Below the pieces are notes generated by a model. The model was given only the letters and a program-made list of their open reading frames with translations. It did not search any database and had not been told where the DNA came from. A stretch of DNA of 64,000 nucleotides from a virus: positions 1 through 64,000 of the IMG/VR virus record IMGVR_UViG_3300025449_000010. One strand, written 5' to 3'. Position numbers and translations under genes: made by a program. Each line of letters begins with the position of its first letter. Positions within the stretch are counted from its first letter, which is position 1. Below are positions 19,908 to 31,106 of the stretch, one piece after another.

Positions 19908-21372
19908 GAAAGTCAGACTGCACAAGGAAGACCGCAATCCAGAGGGCGGTCTCAGTCAGAAGGGACGTGATAAGTATAACCGAGCAACAGGCTCACACCT
20001 GAAGCCTGGGGTCAAGGGTACGCCCAAGACTCCAGATGACTACCGGAGGAAGGGGAGTTTCCTGAGCAGGTTCTACGGCGTAGAGAAACTACCTCCACTG
20101 ACTAAACCCAATGGGAAGCCAACCAGACTAGCCCTGGCTGCTGCTGCCTGGGGGGAGCCTGTACCCAGGACTGAAGCCTCCGCCCGCCGCCTGGCTGCCA
20201 AGGGCAGGGCATTATTAGCTAAGTACAAGAGAATGAAGGAAAAACACAGTGAGCCCAGCGGTGCCGCCCCACTACAGCTACTGTCTCAGAACATGGTCCG
20301 TATCCCCCTGGGACTGAAGGGTCAGTGGTTTCATGATGAGTATGGCACTGTCAGGTTCGACGATGAGAAGTTCAGCAAGCTAATTCAGAACTACAACGAT
20401 GACGTACTCGGCTTCAAGCCCTACAGCACATACGGACACCTGGTAGATCCGCGTCACACTGTAGATGGCGAACTGAAGAAGGGGGAACTACGTGACCTAC
20501 AGGTGGATGGAGATATCCTCTACGGAGACTTCGAGGTCAACAATGAGACCTACCAGCTCCTATCTGAGGGACAGTATGAATACTCCAGTCCGGAGATCAT
20601 ACAGGACTTCATCGACAAGAATACAGGTGAAAATCGTGGACCCGTGCTCGTTCGCACAGCACTGACCAATGCCCCATTCCTGCCATTCGGTCAGGTGAAA
20701 ATTGAAATGCTGTCTCAGAGCGCACAAGCACGCCCACACGAACATATGACCTTTGCTATTAAATTAATACATGATGATGTGTCGAATACCCCTATGTCTA
20801 TTGATAATCTAGAGACCGGCTTCAACGAGACCGAGGCAGCTACTGAAGTACTGTCACAGTCCTCAGCTGAGGTTTTAACATCCAATCCTATTGCCGGCAG
20901 TGAACTTGTAGCCGATATCGAAGCTATTAAAGGCATTATCGGTGACCTAAGTACCAAGCTAGAGCAGTCTGAGTCCAGAAATAGTTCTCTCCTCAAGGAG
21001 CTCTCTGAAACTAAACAACTGGCACAGCAGTTTAGTACCCACGTTAGCAGAACTCAGGAAGAATTGTTACTCAACAGCCTCTCCGGTGCTGGCGTGCCTC
21101 CCGTATTTGTACAGCGCTTCTCGCAGTTACGTCGTTCTCTCCTCAACAGCAATGCGTCCTCACAGACCATTAAATTGTCTGTTCGCGGACAAGAGGTGGA
21201 CCGCAATGTTGTAGACGAAGTAGCTGCCCTCCTAGTAGATGCATTCAATGCCAATGAAGAAAGCCGCGTGATCACTGAGCCAGTCGGCGCCGCCCAATAT
21301 GCGGTAGCTGGCGATATCAATGAGCGTCTATCTCTCATGGCTAAACAACTCCGCGAAGCCGCACGTAAGTAG
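19897..21372 (+). CDS. Second Mu gpI-like prohead protease/scaffold with basic N-terminal domain (DUF6321-like)
   Basis: GQWFHDEYG, YGH, YEYSSPEI and ALTNAPF motifs; coiled-coil scaffold-like C-terminus; N-terminal NPEGGLSQKGR...SFLSRF...RLALAAAAW. Confidence 0.8.
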   Translation: MKNKKVRLHKEDRNPEGGLSQKGRDKYNRATGSHLKPGVKGTPKTPDDYRRKGSFLSRFYGVEKLPPLTKPNGKPTRLALAAAAWGEPVPRTEASARRLAAKGRALLAKYKRMKEKHSEPSGAAPLQLLSQNMVRIPLGLKGQWFHDEYGTVRFDDEKFSKLIQNYNDDVLGFKPYSTYGHLVDPRHTVDGELKKGELRDLQVDGDILYGDFEVNNETYQLLSEGQYEYSSPEIIQDFIDKNTGENRGPVLVRTALTNAPFLPFGQVKIEMLSQSAQARPHEHMTFAIKLIHDDVSNTPMSIDNLETGFNETEAATEVLSQSSAEVLTSNPIAGSELVADIEAIKGIIGDLSTKLEQSESRNSSLLKELSETKQLAQQFSTHVSRTQEELLLNSLSGAGVPPVFVQRFSQLRRSLLNSNASSQTIKLSVRGQEVDRNVVDEVAALLVDAFNANEESRVITEPVGAAQYAVAGDINERLSLMAKQLREAARK

Positions 21373-21385
21373 AGGTCTATAACAC

Positions 21386-22717
21386 ATGGCATTCAATACT
21401 CCTCCCGATAGTTATTTACAGCCCTATATCAGTCCATGGACAGTCGTCAGTAGCAATACTGTACCTGGCGAACCTGTCCTACTAGAGCTCGCTAAGGCTC
21501 TCATGGCCACCAATGGTCAGACTCCACTGCTCAATATCTTCCCTGAAGAAATCATCCCTGAGCGTGTAGTAGTTATTCAGCAATCCTTCGAGGGTGTCGA
21601 TACAATCTTCCCCCTAGTTGAACCTGGTAAGCCTGACGTGGTTCTATCTGGTGAGAAAGGTGTAGTCCGTCAGATGATGGTCTCTCCTCTCTATATCAGA
21701 CAGTCTGCGTCCTTCAGCCCAGCCAAGATCAACTACGTACTCCGCGAGGGTACTGTATCAGATCGCAAGCCACCTGAGGAAATCATCCGTGAAGAGATGG
21801 ACCGCATGACCCGTGAGCATGCACTCACCTGGGATGTATATCGTTCCATGATGCTCCTGGGCGGTATTAACTACACAGATCCACGCACAGGTGTTGGAGC
21901 TCAGGTATCTGCACGTATTCCTGCCTGGAATATCTGGAGCTATAACAATACTGATGGCTACCAAGGACGCAATGAGGCTACCTTCTTCCGTTCCATTGTA
22001 GATAGCTACAGTACTGGTGGCAGCGGCACCCTATCTGGAATCTCCTGGGCACATCCTGATGCCGATGCAGTTAACTGTATTCGTCGCCTGGCTCGCTGGT
22101 TCGAGGTACAGAACAAGTCCCGCGTTACTCGCATCTACCTACACCCTGACCTATTGGAAATTCTCAACCTCAACTCACAGGTTCGCCTGGCTGAAGGTGG
22201 AGTTCTCTTCAATACCTATACAGGTAACCAAGACCCAATCAACATGACTGCCACGTCCCAACAGACAGTACCTCTGGTTGTTCCTGGCTCCGGGTTCGAT
22301 AGAGTGATGTCTAACGGGGTAGGAATCGGACCAACTGGACTCACCTCCATTGCTGGTATCCCAATCGAGACTGTACAGACTAAATTCAAGGATCCAGTAG
22401 ATGGTATCTGGAAATATGTATGGCCTAAGAATAAGGTCGTCCTAGTATCTGAGGTAGATCCACAGGGAACTGCTGAAGCTCCTGGACGTACTCAGTACTG
22501 TATAGGCGAGAATCTCAATGCCAATCCAGGACTATGGGTACGCATGAACGAAGAAACTCAGATTCCTGCTGCTCCTGGACGCTATGTTCAGATGGGTAAT
22601 GCAGGTATGCCATACCTCAAATATCCATACCGCGTTGCACAGGTCACAGTCGCCACAGTCGATGATATCAACAATCGTCTCGGTGTACTTCCAGATCTTG
22701 CATTCGGTTCTTACTAG
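21386..22717 (+). CDS. Major capsid protein (HK97-fold, gpE-like)
   Basis: 443 aa directly after protease/scaffold; IFPLVEPGKPD, M.L.G.INY, IYLHPD and YVWPKNKVVL patterns; GAGG RBS upstream. Confidence 0.8.
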   Translation: MAFNTPPDSYLQPYISPWTVVSSNTVPGEPVLLELAKALMATNGQTPLLNIFPEEIIPERVVVIQQSFEGVDTIFPLVEPGKPDVVLSGEKGVVRQMMVSPLYIRQSASFSPAKINYVLREGTVSDRKPPEEIIREEMDRMTREHALTWDVYRSMMLLGGINYTDPRTGVGAQVSARIPAWNIWSYNNTDGYQGRNEATFFRSIVDSYSTGGSGTLSGISWAHPDADAVNCIRRLARWFEVQNKSRVTRIYLHPDLLEILNLNSQVRLAEGGVLFNTYTGNQDPINMTATSQQTVPLVVPGSGFDRVMSNGVGIGPTGLTSIAGIPIETVQTKFKDPVDGIWKYVWPKNKVVLVSEVDPQGTAEAPGRTQYCIGENLNANPGLWVRMNEETQIPAAPGRYVQMGNAGMPYLKYPYRVAQVTVATVDDINNRLGVLPDLAFGSY

Positions 22718-22728
22718 GAGTCATTCTA

Positions 22729-23898
22729 ATGGGAATATTAAATTCACACCAGCTCCTAGCCGGAGCACGCAGATTCAACGTAAACGAGCCATACGTAATT
22801 GGTGGATTCGTTTCTCAGCCCGCAGTATCCATCGATGGAACTACCACTACCCTATTGAAGGTAGCCACAGGCAGTCAGATCGAATTCGATGGATTCACCG
22901 TCAATGCAGGTGCAGTCTCCTTCGACTTCTCTACCCTGCCTAATGTCCAGCCATCTACTCAGTACCTGGTAGCCGCTGTTCCAGCCTATTACGAGCCGCT
23001 GGATCAGACCACTGCAACAGGTCTTGGTCTCAACTACTACGTCTACAATAACCAGCTACAGGAAACCGTCCTGGTTCCCTTCATCAACCCAACCCTGGAA
23101 ACTCAGGTAGCCGCTGCTGGTGGCTATGCTGTCCTAGAACAGGCTGTATACAATGGAACAGCAACCACTGCTCAGCAGAACCTACTGTCTGCCTATGACG
23201 ATGCGATCCAGCATAGCTCAGATCCTCGTTACGTTGGACGTATGTTGCCCATCCGCACTGATACGTATGGATTGGTCATAGCGCAGGTACAGCCCCAGTC
23301 CAATGCCAGCTCCCAGGATGCAACTGTCGGCATGACTGCTGCTAACTTCGCAGCTCTCAAGGCCAGAGTTAACCTCTATCGTCAGAAGCTATCCTACACC
23401 AGAGCAGCAGCAATCACCAAGTATGAGACTGGAGCAATCACCTTCAAGATCTACAAGGCATACGGCTACACCAGTCAGGCTAATCAGCTAGCTCAGATTG
23501 GCGCTGTCCCAGTAGACCTAAGCCAGGCAACTCCATTCACATCTTCTTCTGCAGGTCTTACCTACTTCGAAGTGGTGGAGTACTACTATCCATCCTTCAT
23601 GCCCCTAGGTGAACAGGGTAATCGTCCAGCACTAGTTAACCTATTCACCAATAAGGAGTTGTCCACGCTGGGACGTCTAGACACCATCTATTTCGGTGGT
23701 AACTTCGACAGCAGCCGCCTGAATCGCTATCAGCGTGCTCGTCTGACTAAGTTAGCAGATCCTGTCCTGCTCTGTGAGGTAGTAACCAGCTCAGCAGTTA
23801 ACGGCAGTGGTATTCCAACCAGTGTATCCCTGGTATCTGGCGTATCCTATGAAGGTCTGGTTCCCAATACTGGAGCTAATCCTCCATTCCCATGGTAG
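22729..23898 (+). CDS. Putative capsid decoration/structural protein
   Basis: 389 aa immediately after the capsid gene, with strong AGGAG RBS; assignment by position only. Confidence 0.55.
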   Translation: MGILNSHQLLAGARRFNVNEPYVIGGFVSQPAVSIDGTTTTLLKVATGSQIEFDGFTVNAGAVSFDFSTLPNVQPSTQYLVAAVPAYYEPLDQTTATGLGLNYYVYNNQLQETVLVPFINPTLETQVAAAGGYAVLEQAVYNGTATTAQQNLLSAYDDAIQHSSDPRYVGRMLPIRTDTYGLVIAQVQPQSNASSQDATVGMTAANFAALKARVNLYRQKLSYTRAAAITKYETGAITFKIYKAYGYTSQANQLAQIGAVPVDLSQATPFTSSSAGLTYFEVVEYYYPSFMPLGEQGNRPALVNLFTNKELSTLGRLDTIYFGGNFDSSRLNRYQRARLTKLADPVLLCEVVTSSAVNGSGIPTSVSLVSGVSYEGLVPNTGANPPFPW

Positions 23899-23959
23899 TG
23901 AGATAGATTCCAGTCGGTGTATCCATACCAACTGGGAGCTCACATACCAGCTGAACAAT

Positions 23960-23986
23960 ATATTCCCTGGGTTCTCCGGGGAATAT
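23960..23986 (+). terminator. Stem-loop after the capsid genes (possible terminator or processing site)
   Basis: ATATTCCCTGG-GTTCT-CCGGGGAATAT, 11-bp stem with one G-U pair; no clear U-tract. Confidence 0.4.
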
Positions 23987-24010
23987 TCTACAAATACTCC
24001 TATTAATAAT

Positions 24011-24550
24011 ATGACTGTCAGACTACTAGCTCAGGCACCCTTCAACTACAGCTATAAAAGTAAGGTTCGTCACTTCCTGACAGGCGATTCCTACCATCTC
24101 AACCCCGATGTGCCTGATGAGAAGGCAGAATTAGAATATGTATTGTCCCCACACTTCCCCCACAGGGAGTATATCTATCTATTCGAGCATCCATTTATCG
24201 CAAGCTATCAGGCTGAAATCAACAAGTCCATCTATCTAGACCCCGCACCGTCTGCAGCGGCTGCCAGCGAATATGTACCTGCAGTAGAGTCAGCCACTCC
24301 CAACGAACCAACCCATGAGCTCACATCTGAGCTGAATGTAGTTCCCCAGGCTGAGGCAGAATCAGCTGAGGAAATAGCGGTGCCGCCTGAGAATGCCCCA
24401 ATCGATAGATTCAATGAGTTGTCATCCCTGACTGTCAAGCAGCTCAGAGAATTGGCAGGCACCCTGGGTATTGAATATAGATCTAAGCAACTGACCATCG
24501 AAGAAATCATCGCTAGGGAAGCCAATGGCGATTCATCCCAGAACGGTTGA
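24011..24550 (+). CDS. Head-associated protein with C-terminal Rho-N/HeH-like domain
   Basis: ELSSLTVKQLRELAGTLGIEY..K..TIEEI resembles the Rho-N motif; acidic linker; likely ATG at 24011 (ORF track starts at 23807). Confidence 0.65.
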   Translation: MTVRLLAQAPFNYSYKSKVRHFLTGDSYHLNPDVPDEKAELEYVLSPHFPHREYIYLFEHPFIASYQAEINKSIYLDPAPSAAAASEYVPAVESATPNEPTHELTSELNVVPQAEAESAEEIAVPPENAPIDRFNELSSLTVKQLRELAGTLGIEYRSKQLTIEEIIAREANGDSSQNG

Positions 24551-26540
24551 CAATAACTACCTCTTCATGGTTGCCATCTCCAGCCTACTGCTGGCCAGTA
24601 AGGTCAAAGCAAATGGAGATGGTACCTTTACTGTAGACAGTGCCTTCCAGACCAACGTCACTCAGATATGTCAATATCAATCAGACCCAGAGATATGTCT
24701 GATACTGAGCTCAGCCCGCAATAAGGAAGGAGTATATGTCCTCGGAGGCAGGGTAACCAGTCTCTACATAGATGAGGGAAATACCCGGGAGGCTAATCTG
24801 ACCAGGGTACTGTATAGCTCAATATTCAATCCTGGACTGACCAGAGTATCTGCCATGCTGACAGCAGCTACCCTGATAGGTCAGATTCCACTGGAGGGTG
24901 ATATTAAGTTCTTCTCCCTGTCCAATGAACTCCGCAAACAGGCACTACATGAGCTGGATATGCTGATCGAGCAGATAGCTGATACCCCAGTCACTGAGCC
25001 TGAGGAGGAGAAGGAACGTGCCTCTGTATACCTGGCACTGGAGTTAAATCCCCTCTCAGCTCAGAACACGGCATCCAATGCTGACCTGCGTCCTGAAAAT
25101 TTCACACTGGGCAAGGCTGGACAACCTGTAATAGGCGTCAAGACCTACAGCGGCATAACACTGCAGCCAGGTGAGAGTCTGACCACTGAGGTGTTCATCA
25201 CCAGCAGGGGTCCTGACTATGGAGAATACTTCGATCAGACCCTGACGCTGGCACAGAATACTCAGCCAGTCTACACGCTGACCAACCCAGCCTTACCCTA
25301 CAATGCCACCAACAACCCCTACATAGTCAATACTCAGGTACTGACTGTCAGTCCATCTGACATAGCCCTGGCACTTTCCAGTCAGATTAATAATCTCTCA
25401 CTCAATGCCAGCACTGCAGGTATCGCCAATATCATGTCAGCCGCCAGCAGTGGTGGTCAGCAGTCATACCCATGGCAGAGATCCATAGAGGGTTTCTGGA
25501 CTGACAGCAATATAGCCACAGCAGTCAGCTACTACAAGACTGTACCCAACACAGTAACAACTGTAGACCAATACCTGACTGCAGCAGATACCTCCATCAC
25601 TGCCACCGCCACTGCCAACGGTGTCACACCAGATCTCCCTGGGTACGGCATCGTTCGGTCTGGAAACGTCATGACAGACATCATGGAGCTGAAACTGGCA
25701 CCCCGCAGGGTTGGCGGACATTCAGTCAGTGAGATGATCTCAATATACCCAATGCAGATCAGCCGTGCCGCCACCTCTGCAGTGGGAACACTGCCTGCTC
25801 TTCCAGCCTATAGCAACACTGTCTCTGACCTGATAATGGGATCAGGCAGTGACTACACCAATCTACTGGCTAATCGCCCTGTCAGCGTGATACTGGGAGT
25901 AGACAATAAGAACCTGGAGGAACATAAGGAATTTCCCTACGATACCTTCTATTTCAATTCAACCAGTAGCAGCGGTAGCGGAACCATAACCTATAGGATA
26001 ACCTCACAGGCTGAACCAGGCGTCACCTACACCACTCCCACCTTCACATGGGACAGCGCAGTCAATACCCGGGTAGAGACAGTAGCGGCACAGGCTCTCT
26101 GGTCACATATGAGTACCAGACTGACCAATGTCGATCCAGATCTGCCCTATGAGGATGTCGTTGGTCTCTACGCTGCCCCGCATGCTATTCAGATAATAGC
26201 CTGGCGTGGTAGCACTGTCATAGCTCCCAACTTCCAACTCAAGGTAGTAGTCGATATTGTCAGCGTACCTGCAGGTATACAGGTAGCTACAGGAGATGTC
26301 AATCGCATCAAACCCAATTCACTCTGGGGCAGTCATGCCTCAGTATCAGTCGAATATCAGGCTAAACGTATGTCCCTAGAGGGTAATAAGAAGGATGATG
26401 ATGTCAATGAGCTGATCAAGGCTCCTGACGTCACAGCTAAGACCATTAAACCCCGCAAGATGCGCTCCAATAAGTTTCAGGCTGCCCTAGACAGGATTGA
26501 GAGAACTGAGATGCAGAAGAATCAATATGATCTCTACTAG
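24525..26540 (+). CDS. Virion structural protein (neck/head-tail connector region)
   Basis: 671-aa ORF between head and tail genes; N-terminal ~150 aa helical and adaptor-like; positional inference. Confidence 0.55.
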   Translation: MAIHPRTVDNNYLFMVAISSLLLASKVKANGDGTFTVDSAFQTNVTQICQYQSDPEICLILSSARNKEGVYVLGGRVTSLYIDEGNTREANLTRVLYSSIFNPGLTRVSAMLTAATLIGQIPLEGDIKFFSLSNELRKQALHELDMLIEQIADTPVTEPEEEKERASVYLALELNPLSAQNTASNADLRPENFTLGKAGQPVIGVKTYSGITLQPGESLTTEVFITSRGPDYGEYFDQTLTLAQNTQPVYTLTNPALPYNATNNPYIVNTQVLTVSPSDIALALSSQINNLSLNASTAGIANIMSAASSGGQQSYPWQRSIEGFWTDSNIATAVSYYKTVPNTVTTVDQYLTAADTSITATATANGVTPDLPGYGIVRSGNVMTDIMELKLAPRRVGGHSVSEMISIYPMQISRAATSAVGTLPALPAYSNTVSDLIMGSGSDYTNLLANRPVSVILGVDNKNLEEHKEFPYDTFYFNSTSSSGSGTITYRITSQAEPGVTYTTPTFTWDSAVNTRVETVAAQALWSHMSTRLTNVDPDLPYEDVVGLYAAPHAIQIIAWRGSTVIAPNFQLKVVVDIVSVPAGIQVATGDVNRIKPNSLWGSHASVSVEYQAKRMSLEGNKKDDDVNELIKAPDVTAKTIKPRKMRSNKFQAALDRIERTEMQKNQYDLY

Positions 26541-26549
26541 GGGTATGCA

Positions 26550-27299
26550 GTGACAATATCTAACCTGGTCACACCATCTGCCTACTACATAGCCAGACTA
26601 CTGCAGCTATACCTGGTCTCCCATCCCCTCTTCTATAATCCGCTGGTCACCAATGGAGCCACAGGAACAGCAGTGGGTATAGACGCCTGGCGACTATACG
26701 AGGGCTTTCCTGTGAACAGCAATATCTTCTACTGCACAATCACCCCACATAGTCTGAGTGAACCTGCCCATCCGCGTTCCAGCAATGTGACCTCTCACTA
26801 TACTCCATACAATCTAGGTAAAAATGGTTACGATGAGGTCGTCTACTTCACCAAGGTTGCCTTCGACTACCTCTACCCGATATCTCCTGGCGACTACATA
26901 GATACCTACAGCGCGCCAGTTATTCGAAACTGGAATGATACGCAGAATCATCCAGACCCCACAGTACCGCTCAGCGGTGCCGCCACCACCTCAGTTGAAT
27001 ACAACCCCATTATAGAGGTTATCTCAGAATACCTGGAGGTAACTCGCCTTGCCATAAATGATAAGGATCAGCAGCGATTCTATCTACCATACATCAATGT
27101 CAAGAGTATCCAATGCACCCACAGTGCCCTACTGACAGGTGACTGGGATAAAGATAAGAACCTAATCCTGCAACGTGGATACGTGATGATAGAAACCACT
27201 GCCTACGTACCCAGACAGTGGAGACCAGCACCAGCACCGCCTGACGATATCAAGGTAGAGATACGTACCTCTCCTCCTGGAACGCTGTACACAGGTTAG
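26550..27299 (+). CDS. Putative tail completion/terminator protein
   Basis: 249 aa immediately upstream of the tail sheath; positional. Confidence 0.5.
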   Translation: MTISNLVTPSAYYIARLLQLYLVSHPLFYNPLVTNGATGTAVGIDAWRLYEGFPVNSNIFYCTITPHSLSEPAHPRSSNVTSHYTPYNLGKNGYDEVVYFTKVAFDYLYPISPGDYIDTYSAPVIRNWNDTQNHPDPTVPLSGAATTSVEYNPIIEVISEYLEVTRLAINDKDQQRFYLPYINVKSIQCTHSALLTGDWDKDKNLILQRGYVMIETTAYVPRQWRPAPAPPDDIKVEIRTSPPGTLYTG

Positions 27300-27368
27300 C
27301 CCACAGTAACCTAATACATACATGCTTTAATAATTTATCTGGATAATCATCCGAAGAAAGAAAGAAAT

Positions 27369-30032
27369 ATGGCTACAATTCCTTCAGTAAATTTTATAGA
27401 GCAGGCTTCGTCTACCCAACCAATTCAAACTGGTGTTCGTAACAGAGTTCTAGTAATTGGTGAGTTTGACAGAGGCCCCCTTGGTCCTACTTATATTGGC
27501 GGCGCTTCTGACTTTGCTGTCCGATATGGAGCTGACCCCACTAACAACGGTTCTCTAGGTGTACAGGCAATACTAGATCAAGGAGCAGTCAATATAGCTG
27601 CCCTACGTGTAATAGGTAATGAAAGACGTGCCTATGGTCAATTTAACATTACAGGAGTTGCCACCAGTGCTCCAGGCACAAACTATGATAGTCAGCAATT
27701 AAGTCTATTAGCCAGCACTATTGGCAATGTAGTTCCTAACTTAAACACAGTACTTCGTACTGATATTGAAGCCTCAGGACGTTATACAGGGTCTACCAGT
27801 AGCGTCTATAACTTCTACGTAGCCACTAACTTCAACTCCACAGCAGTGACTGGCTATGTTCTCAAGGCTGCAGTTGGATCTACTCCAGCAGTAACTGTCA
27901 ATATTCCTGCCAATAGCTGGCTGTTGACCTATGTAAATAATGATCCAGACGCAGGTCAACTCAGCTCCAGTGATTTTGTAGGTGCAACTAACTATATCCT
28001 AGTTACAGCTCCCAGTAATCTGGCCTCAGCTCCACTGAGTGTAGCCACCACCGTATATGGAGTTAATGCCACCTATCCTACACCGACTTCTGGAGGTATT
28101 GATGGGCTTGGCTTAACGTTGGGATTCAGTATTCAGACTTCTCTAGATCTAGTTCAAGGTCAGATATTCAGCGTAACTGCATCTAATTTTAATTCACTAT
28201 TCACCCCTATTAAAGTAGTTCCTAACACTACTAATGAGGTTCTTTTTAACCTTATTCAGTCTAATTGGCAGAATACTGGACCAATTGGAAATATATCTCT
28301 AGCATCCAGTAGTCATAGCAATGGTTACATATATGCAAGTAACAGATATCCAGGACAATATGGTAACAACCTGAGCTACAGTCTTCAATTTGCAGTTCCA
28401 GATGGGACAGTTAAAGCCTCAGTTACATCTACCTATACAGCAGCAACTGGTAACACTGCAGCTAGCTATACATTGACATTGGCTAATACATCTCTAACTC
28501 AATATATCCGACCAGGAGCTACTGTCTCAGATGGCGGCACTAATATTAACATTAATGCTCCGACAGTTACCTCAATTAACTCTGCAACTGGAGTAATTAC
28601 ACTCTCTGGAGGATTGACTGCCTCCATAAGCACAGCCTTCGCAGTTACCTTCACCAACACCAGCGGACTTAGCATTGCACAGGTTAATGCTAATAATAAC
28701 GGTTTTTCAACTTTTACCAGCGGTATTGACGGACCTAAATATGCAACTAGAGACCTATACAATATTCAGGGTATAAAACTTATAACCTTGATAGCAGTAT
28801 CTCCTGGTATATGGGCTAATGACCTAAGCATATCCATTACTAACGCCTCTAATCCAGGACAATTTATTATTAACATTGTTGATAACAATGCTAATAATTT
28901 TAATCCACCACTAAATGCAGAATCATTTACAGTTAATATCAGTAATTTTAGTCAAACTGATGGTAGCTTAATTGATTTAAATGGTTCTAATTACATCAGA
29001 GGATTCTTTGTTCCCTATTTAACTAACGGAACTAATTATACTGCATCTCTGATATACGACTGGCCTCAGAGATTATTACCGCCAATAGCTTCAATCAGAG
29101 ATACTCTAGATTTAGCTAATCCTGTAAACTATGGAAAAACTATTCTTACCAATTTTAATTTACAAAACGGTAATAATGGTCCTATTATTCAGAACAGCGA
29201 TTACTACGCGGCCATAGATCAGTCCTATAAAATACCTGTTCATATCATAGTAACTCCAGGCGTTACAGATATAGGGGTACAGTCGGCATTGATTGCGCAT
29301 TGTGAAGCTAGCACTGAATTAGAGCAGCTACGTGTATGTATATTACAGGCTCCTAGATTTTTAAAACCTGAGCAAGCCAAGGCGATTACCTCTTCATTAT
29401 CCTCAGCTCGCGCTGTAATGGTAGTAGGTTGGGGTACCTATAGAGGTTCTGCTCTAGATTACGGTAACTACAATTTACCTTTAGATTCTGTCTTAGCAGG
29501 TAGATTAAGTGCGTTGCCCTTTTACGTTAATACAGCAGCTAGAAGATCTTCAGGTCCAATTGGCTCTATATATGCCTGCGATACGGATCCATATGCGACC
29601 TATAGCCAACTACAGGTCTACGCAGCAGCTAATTTAGAAGTAGTAGCAAGAGATCCCAGTACTCAAGGTTATTATTTCTTCACAGGAGCATCGCTCTCTC
29701 CTAGTCCAGATTTAAACCACATAAGTTATCGAAGAGCCTATGACATAATCAGAATGGATTTGTATGATAACCTGCAAACATACAAATCAGAACCTCTGAC
29801 ATCTACTCTGGTAACTTTGGTAACTGGAGCAATCAATGCCTATATGAACAATAAGCTTAATTCTGGACAAATAGCTTATTTCAATAATAGTAGTACTAGC
29901 GTCAACGCAGGTAATACTCCAAATACATTGGCAGTTTCATTTAGTTTTGCACCGTTAGGTTCTGCTGATTCTATTACGGTGTATATACAACGTGATGCCA
30001 GTGGTCAGTTTATAAATTCATCTTCAAGATAG
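27369..30032 (+). CDS. Contractile tail sheath protein
   Basis: IPSVNFIE, IGEFDRGPLGPTYI..F...YG, ALRV, A.SPGIWANDLSISI, HIIVTPG..ALIAHCE, HISYRR and V.FAPLGSADSI sheath motifs. Confidence 0.93.
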   Translation: MATIPSVNFIEQASSTQPIQTGVRNRVLVIGEFDRGPLGPTYIGGASDFAVRYGADPTNNGSLGVQAILDQGAVNIAALRVIGNERRAYGQFNITGVATSAPGTNYDSQQLSLLASTIGNVVPNLNTVLRTDIEASGRYTGSTSSVYNFYVATNFNSTAVTGYVLKAAVGSTPAVTVNIPANSWLLTYVNNDPDAGQLSSSDFVGATNYILVTAPSNLASAPLSVATTVYGVNATYPTPTSGGIDGLGLTLGFSIQTSLDLVQGQIFSVTASNFNSLFTPIKVVPNTTNEVLFNLIQSNWQNTGPIGNISLASSSHSNGYIYASNRYPGQYGNNLSYSLQFAVPDGTVKASVTSTYTAATGNTAASYTLTLANTSLTQYIRPGATVSDGGTNININAPTVTSINSATGVITLSGGLTASISTAFAVTFTNTSGLSIAQVNANNNGFSTFTSGIDGPKYATRDLYNIQGIKLITLIAVSPGIWANDLSISITNASNPGQFIINIVDNNANNFNPPLNAESFTVNISNFSQTDGSLIDLNGSNYIRGFFVPYLTNGTNYTASLIYDWPQRLLPPIASIRDTLDLANPVNYGKTILTNFNLQNGNNGPIIQNSDYYAAIDQSYKIPVHIIVTPGVTDIGVQSALIAHCEASTELEQLRVCILQAPRFLKPEQAKAITSSLSSARAVMVVGWGTYRGSALDYGNYNLPLDSVLAGRLSALPFYVNTAARRSSGPIGSIYACDTDPYATYSQLQVYAAANLEVVARDPSTQGYYFFTGASLSPSPDLNHISYRRAYDIIRMDLYDNLQTYKSEPLTSTLVTLVTGAINAYMNNKLNSGQIAYFNNSSTSVNAGNTPNTLAVSFSFAPLGSADSITVYIQRDASGQFINSSSR

Positions 30033-30042
30033 GAAAAAATAC

Positions 30043-30912
30043 ATGACCAACACACAGAAATCGACATACAACTACTTTGAATCTGCACCAGTAGATAATG
30101 CCGGTTTAGATCCAGTACAGGGTTTTGATATTGAAGTCTGGGCACAAGATACTGTAACAGGTGCTATCGCCTTATTTGGCAGATTTCAAACTATAACTCT
30201 CAGCGTACGTGATGCCACAGAGACCTATCTATGTCTAGGTGAACGTATGCCTACCTATCTCAATGGTGAAATACAAATTGCATGGGTATTAGAGCAAGGA
30301 TTAGTCGATATTAACTTTCTGAATCGTACTTTCGGATTATCCTCTATGACTCGTTCGAATCATATATCACGTGGACCTCGTTTTCAAATATCATTCGATG
30401 TATCTGCAGCTGAATTAGATATATGGACAGAAACAGGAAGTAGTGGAAGAACACAAAATACCAATGCCAGCGATTTATTTGGAACTACTAACACTATTAA
30501 CAGTGATTGGCAATTTCAAGGCGGATATGGAGGAGGAACAACTAACCGTCTGAATAACGTACAAGTTCCTACTACTGTCAGAACTCAAGGACGTATTGAA
30601 TTACAGAGATGTAAGGTAGATTCTATCTCAATGGGCGCTATGTCAGGTAGGAGAGCAGCAGCTCTTCGCTGGGAAGGTGTTGCTGAAGGATGGGTTTCAA
30701 GTATTAATACACTGCAAACTTACAGAGCTACTAACCTCTCGAATCAGGTAAATGATCTGCCACCTACTGCCTATCAAGGTTTTGATCAGACACAAATAGC
30801 TGGTGCTGCTGCTCAAGGAAATACAGGACAAGAAGGAGTTATATTTGCGCCTGGAACAGTTACTAGTAATAGTAATGCTACATTACCTCCCACAGTTGTT
30901 AATCTTTACTAA
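30043..30912 (+). CDS. Tail tube protein
   Basis: Follows the sheath; DPVQGFDIEV, GRFQTITLSV..E.Y..LGE, IELQRCKVDS and WEGVAEG tube-like motifs. Confidence 0.8.
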   Translation: MTNTQKSTYNYFESAPVDNAGLDPVQGFDIEVWAQDTVTGAIALFGRFQTITLSVRDATETYLCLGERMPTYLNGEIQIAWVLEQGLVDINFLNRTFGLSSMTRSNHISRGPRFQISFDVSAAELDIWTETGSSGRTQNTNASDLFGTTNTINSDWQFQGGYGGGTTNRLNNVQVPTTVRTQGRIELQRCKVDSISMGAMSGRRAAALRWEGVAEGWVSSINTLQTYRATNLSNQVNDLPPTAYQGFDQTQIAGAAAQGNTGQEGVIFAPGTVTSNSNATLPPTVVNLY

Positions 30913-31106
30913 TGTTCTTCTGCCAGCCCAAGGTAGATAAGCTCTCAGGACTGGGGAAGATACTGGGCTGGTCTATCAGTGAGGAACGCTATCACAGTGC
31001 TGCTGGTATCAAGCTGTTCTAGGAACTAGCTGCTGAGCAGGGTAGATTGACAGATAGTCAGATACTCCTGTTGGTTAAGACTGCATACAAATAGCTCAAT
31101 ATAATA

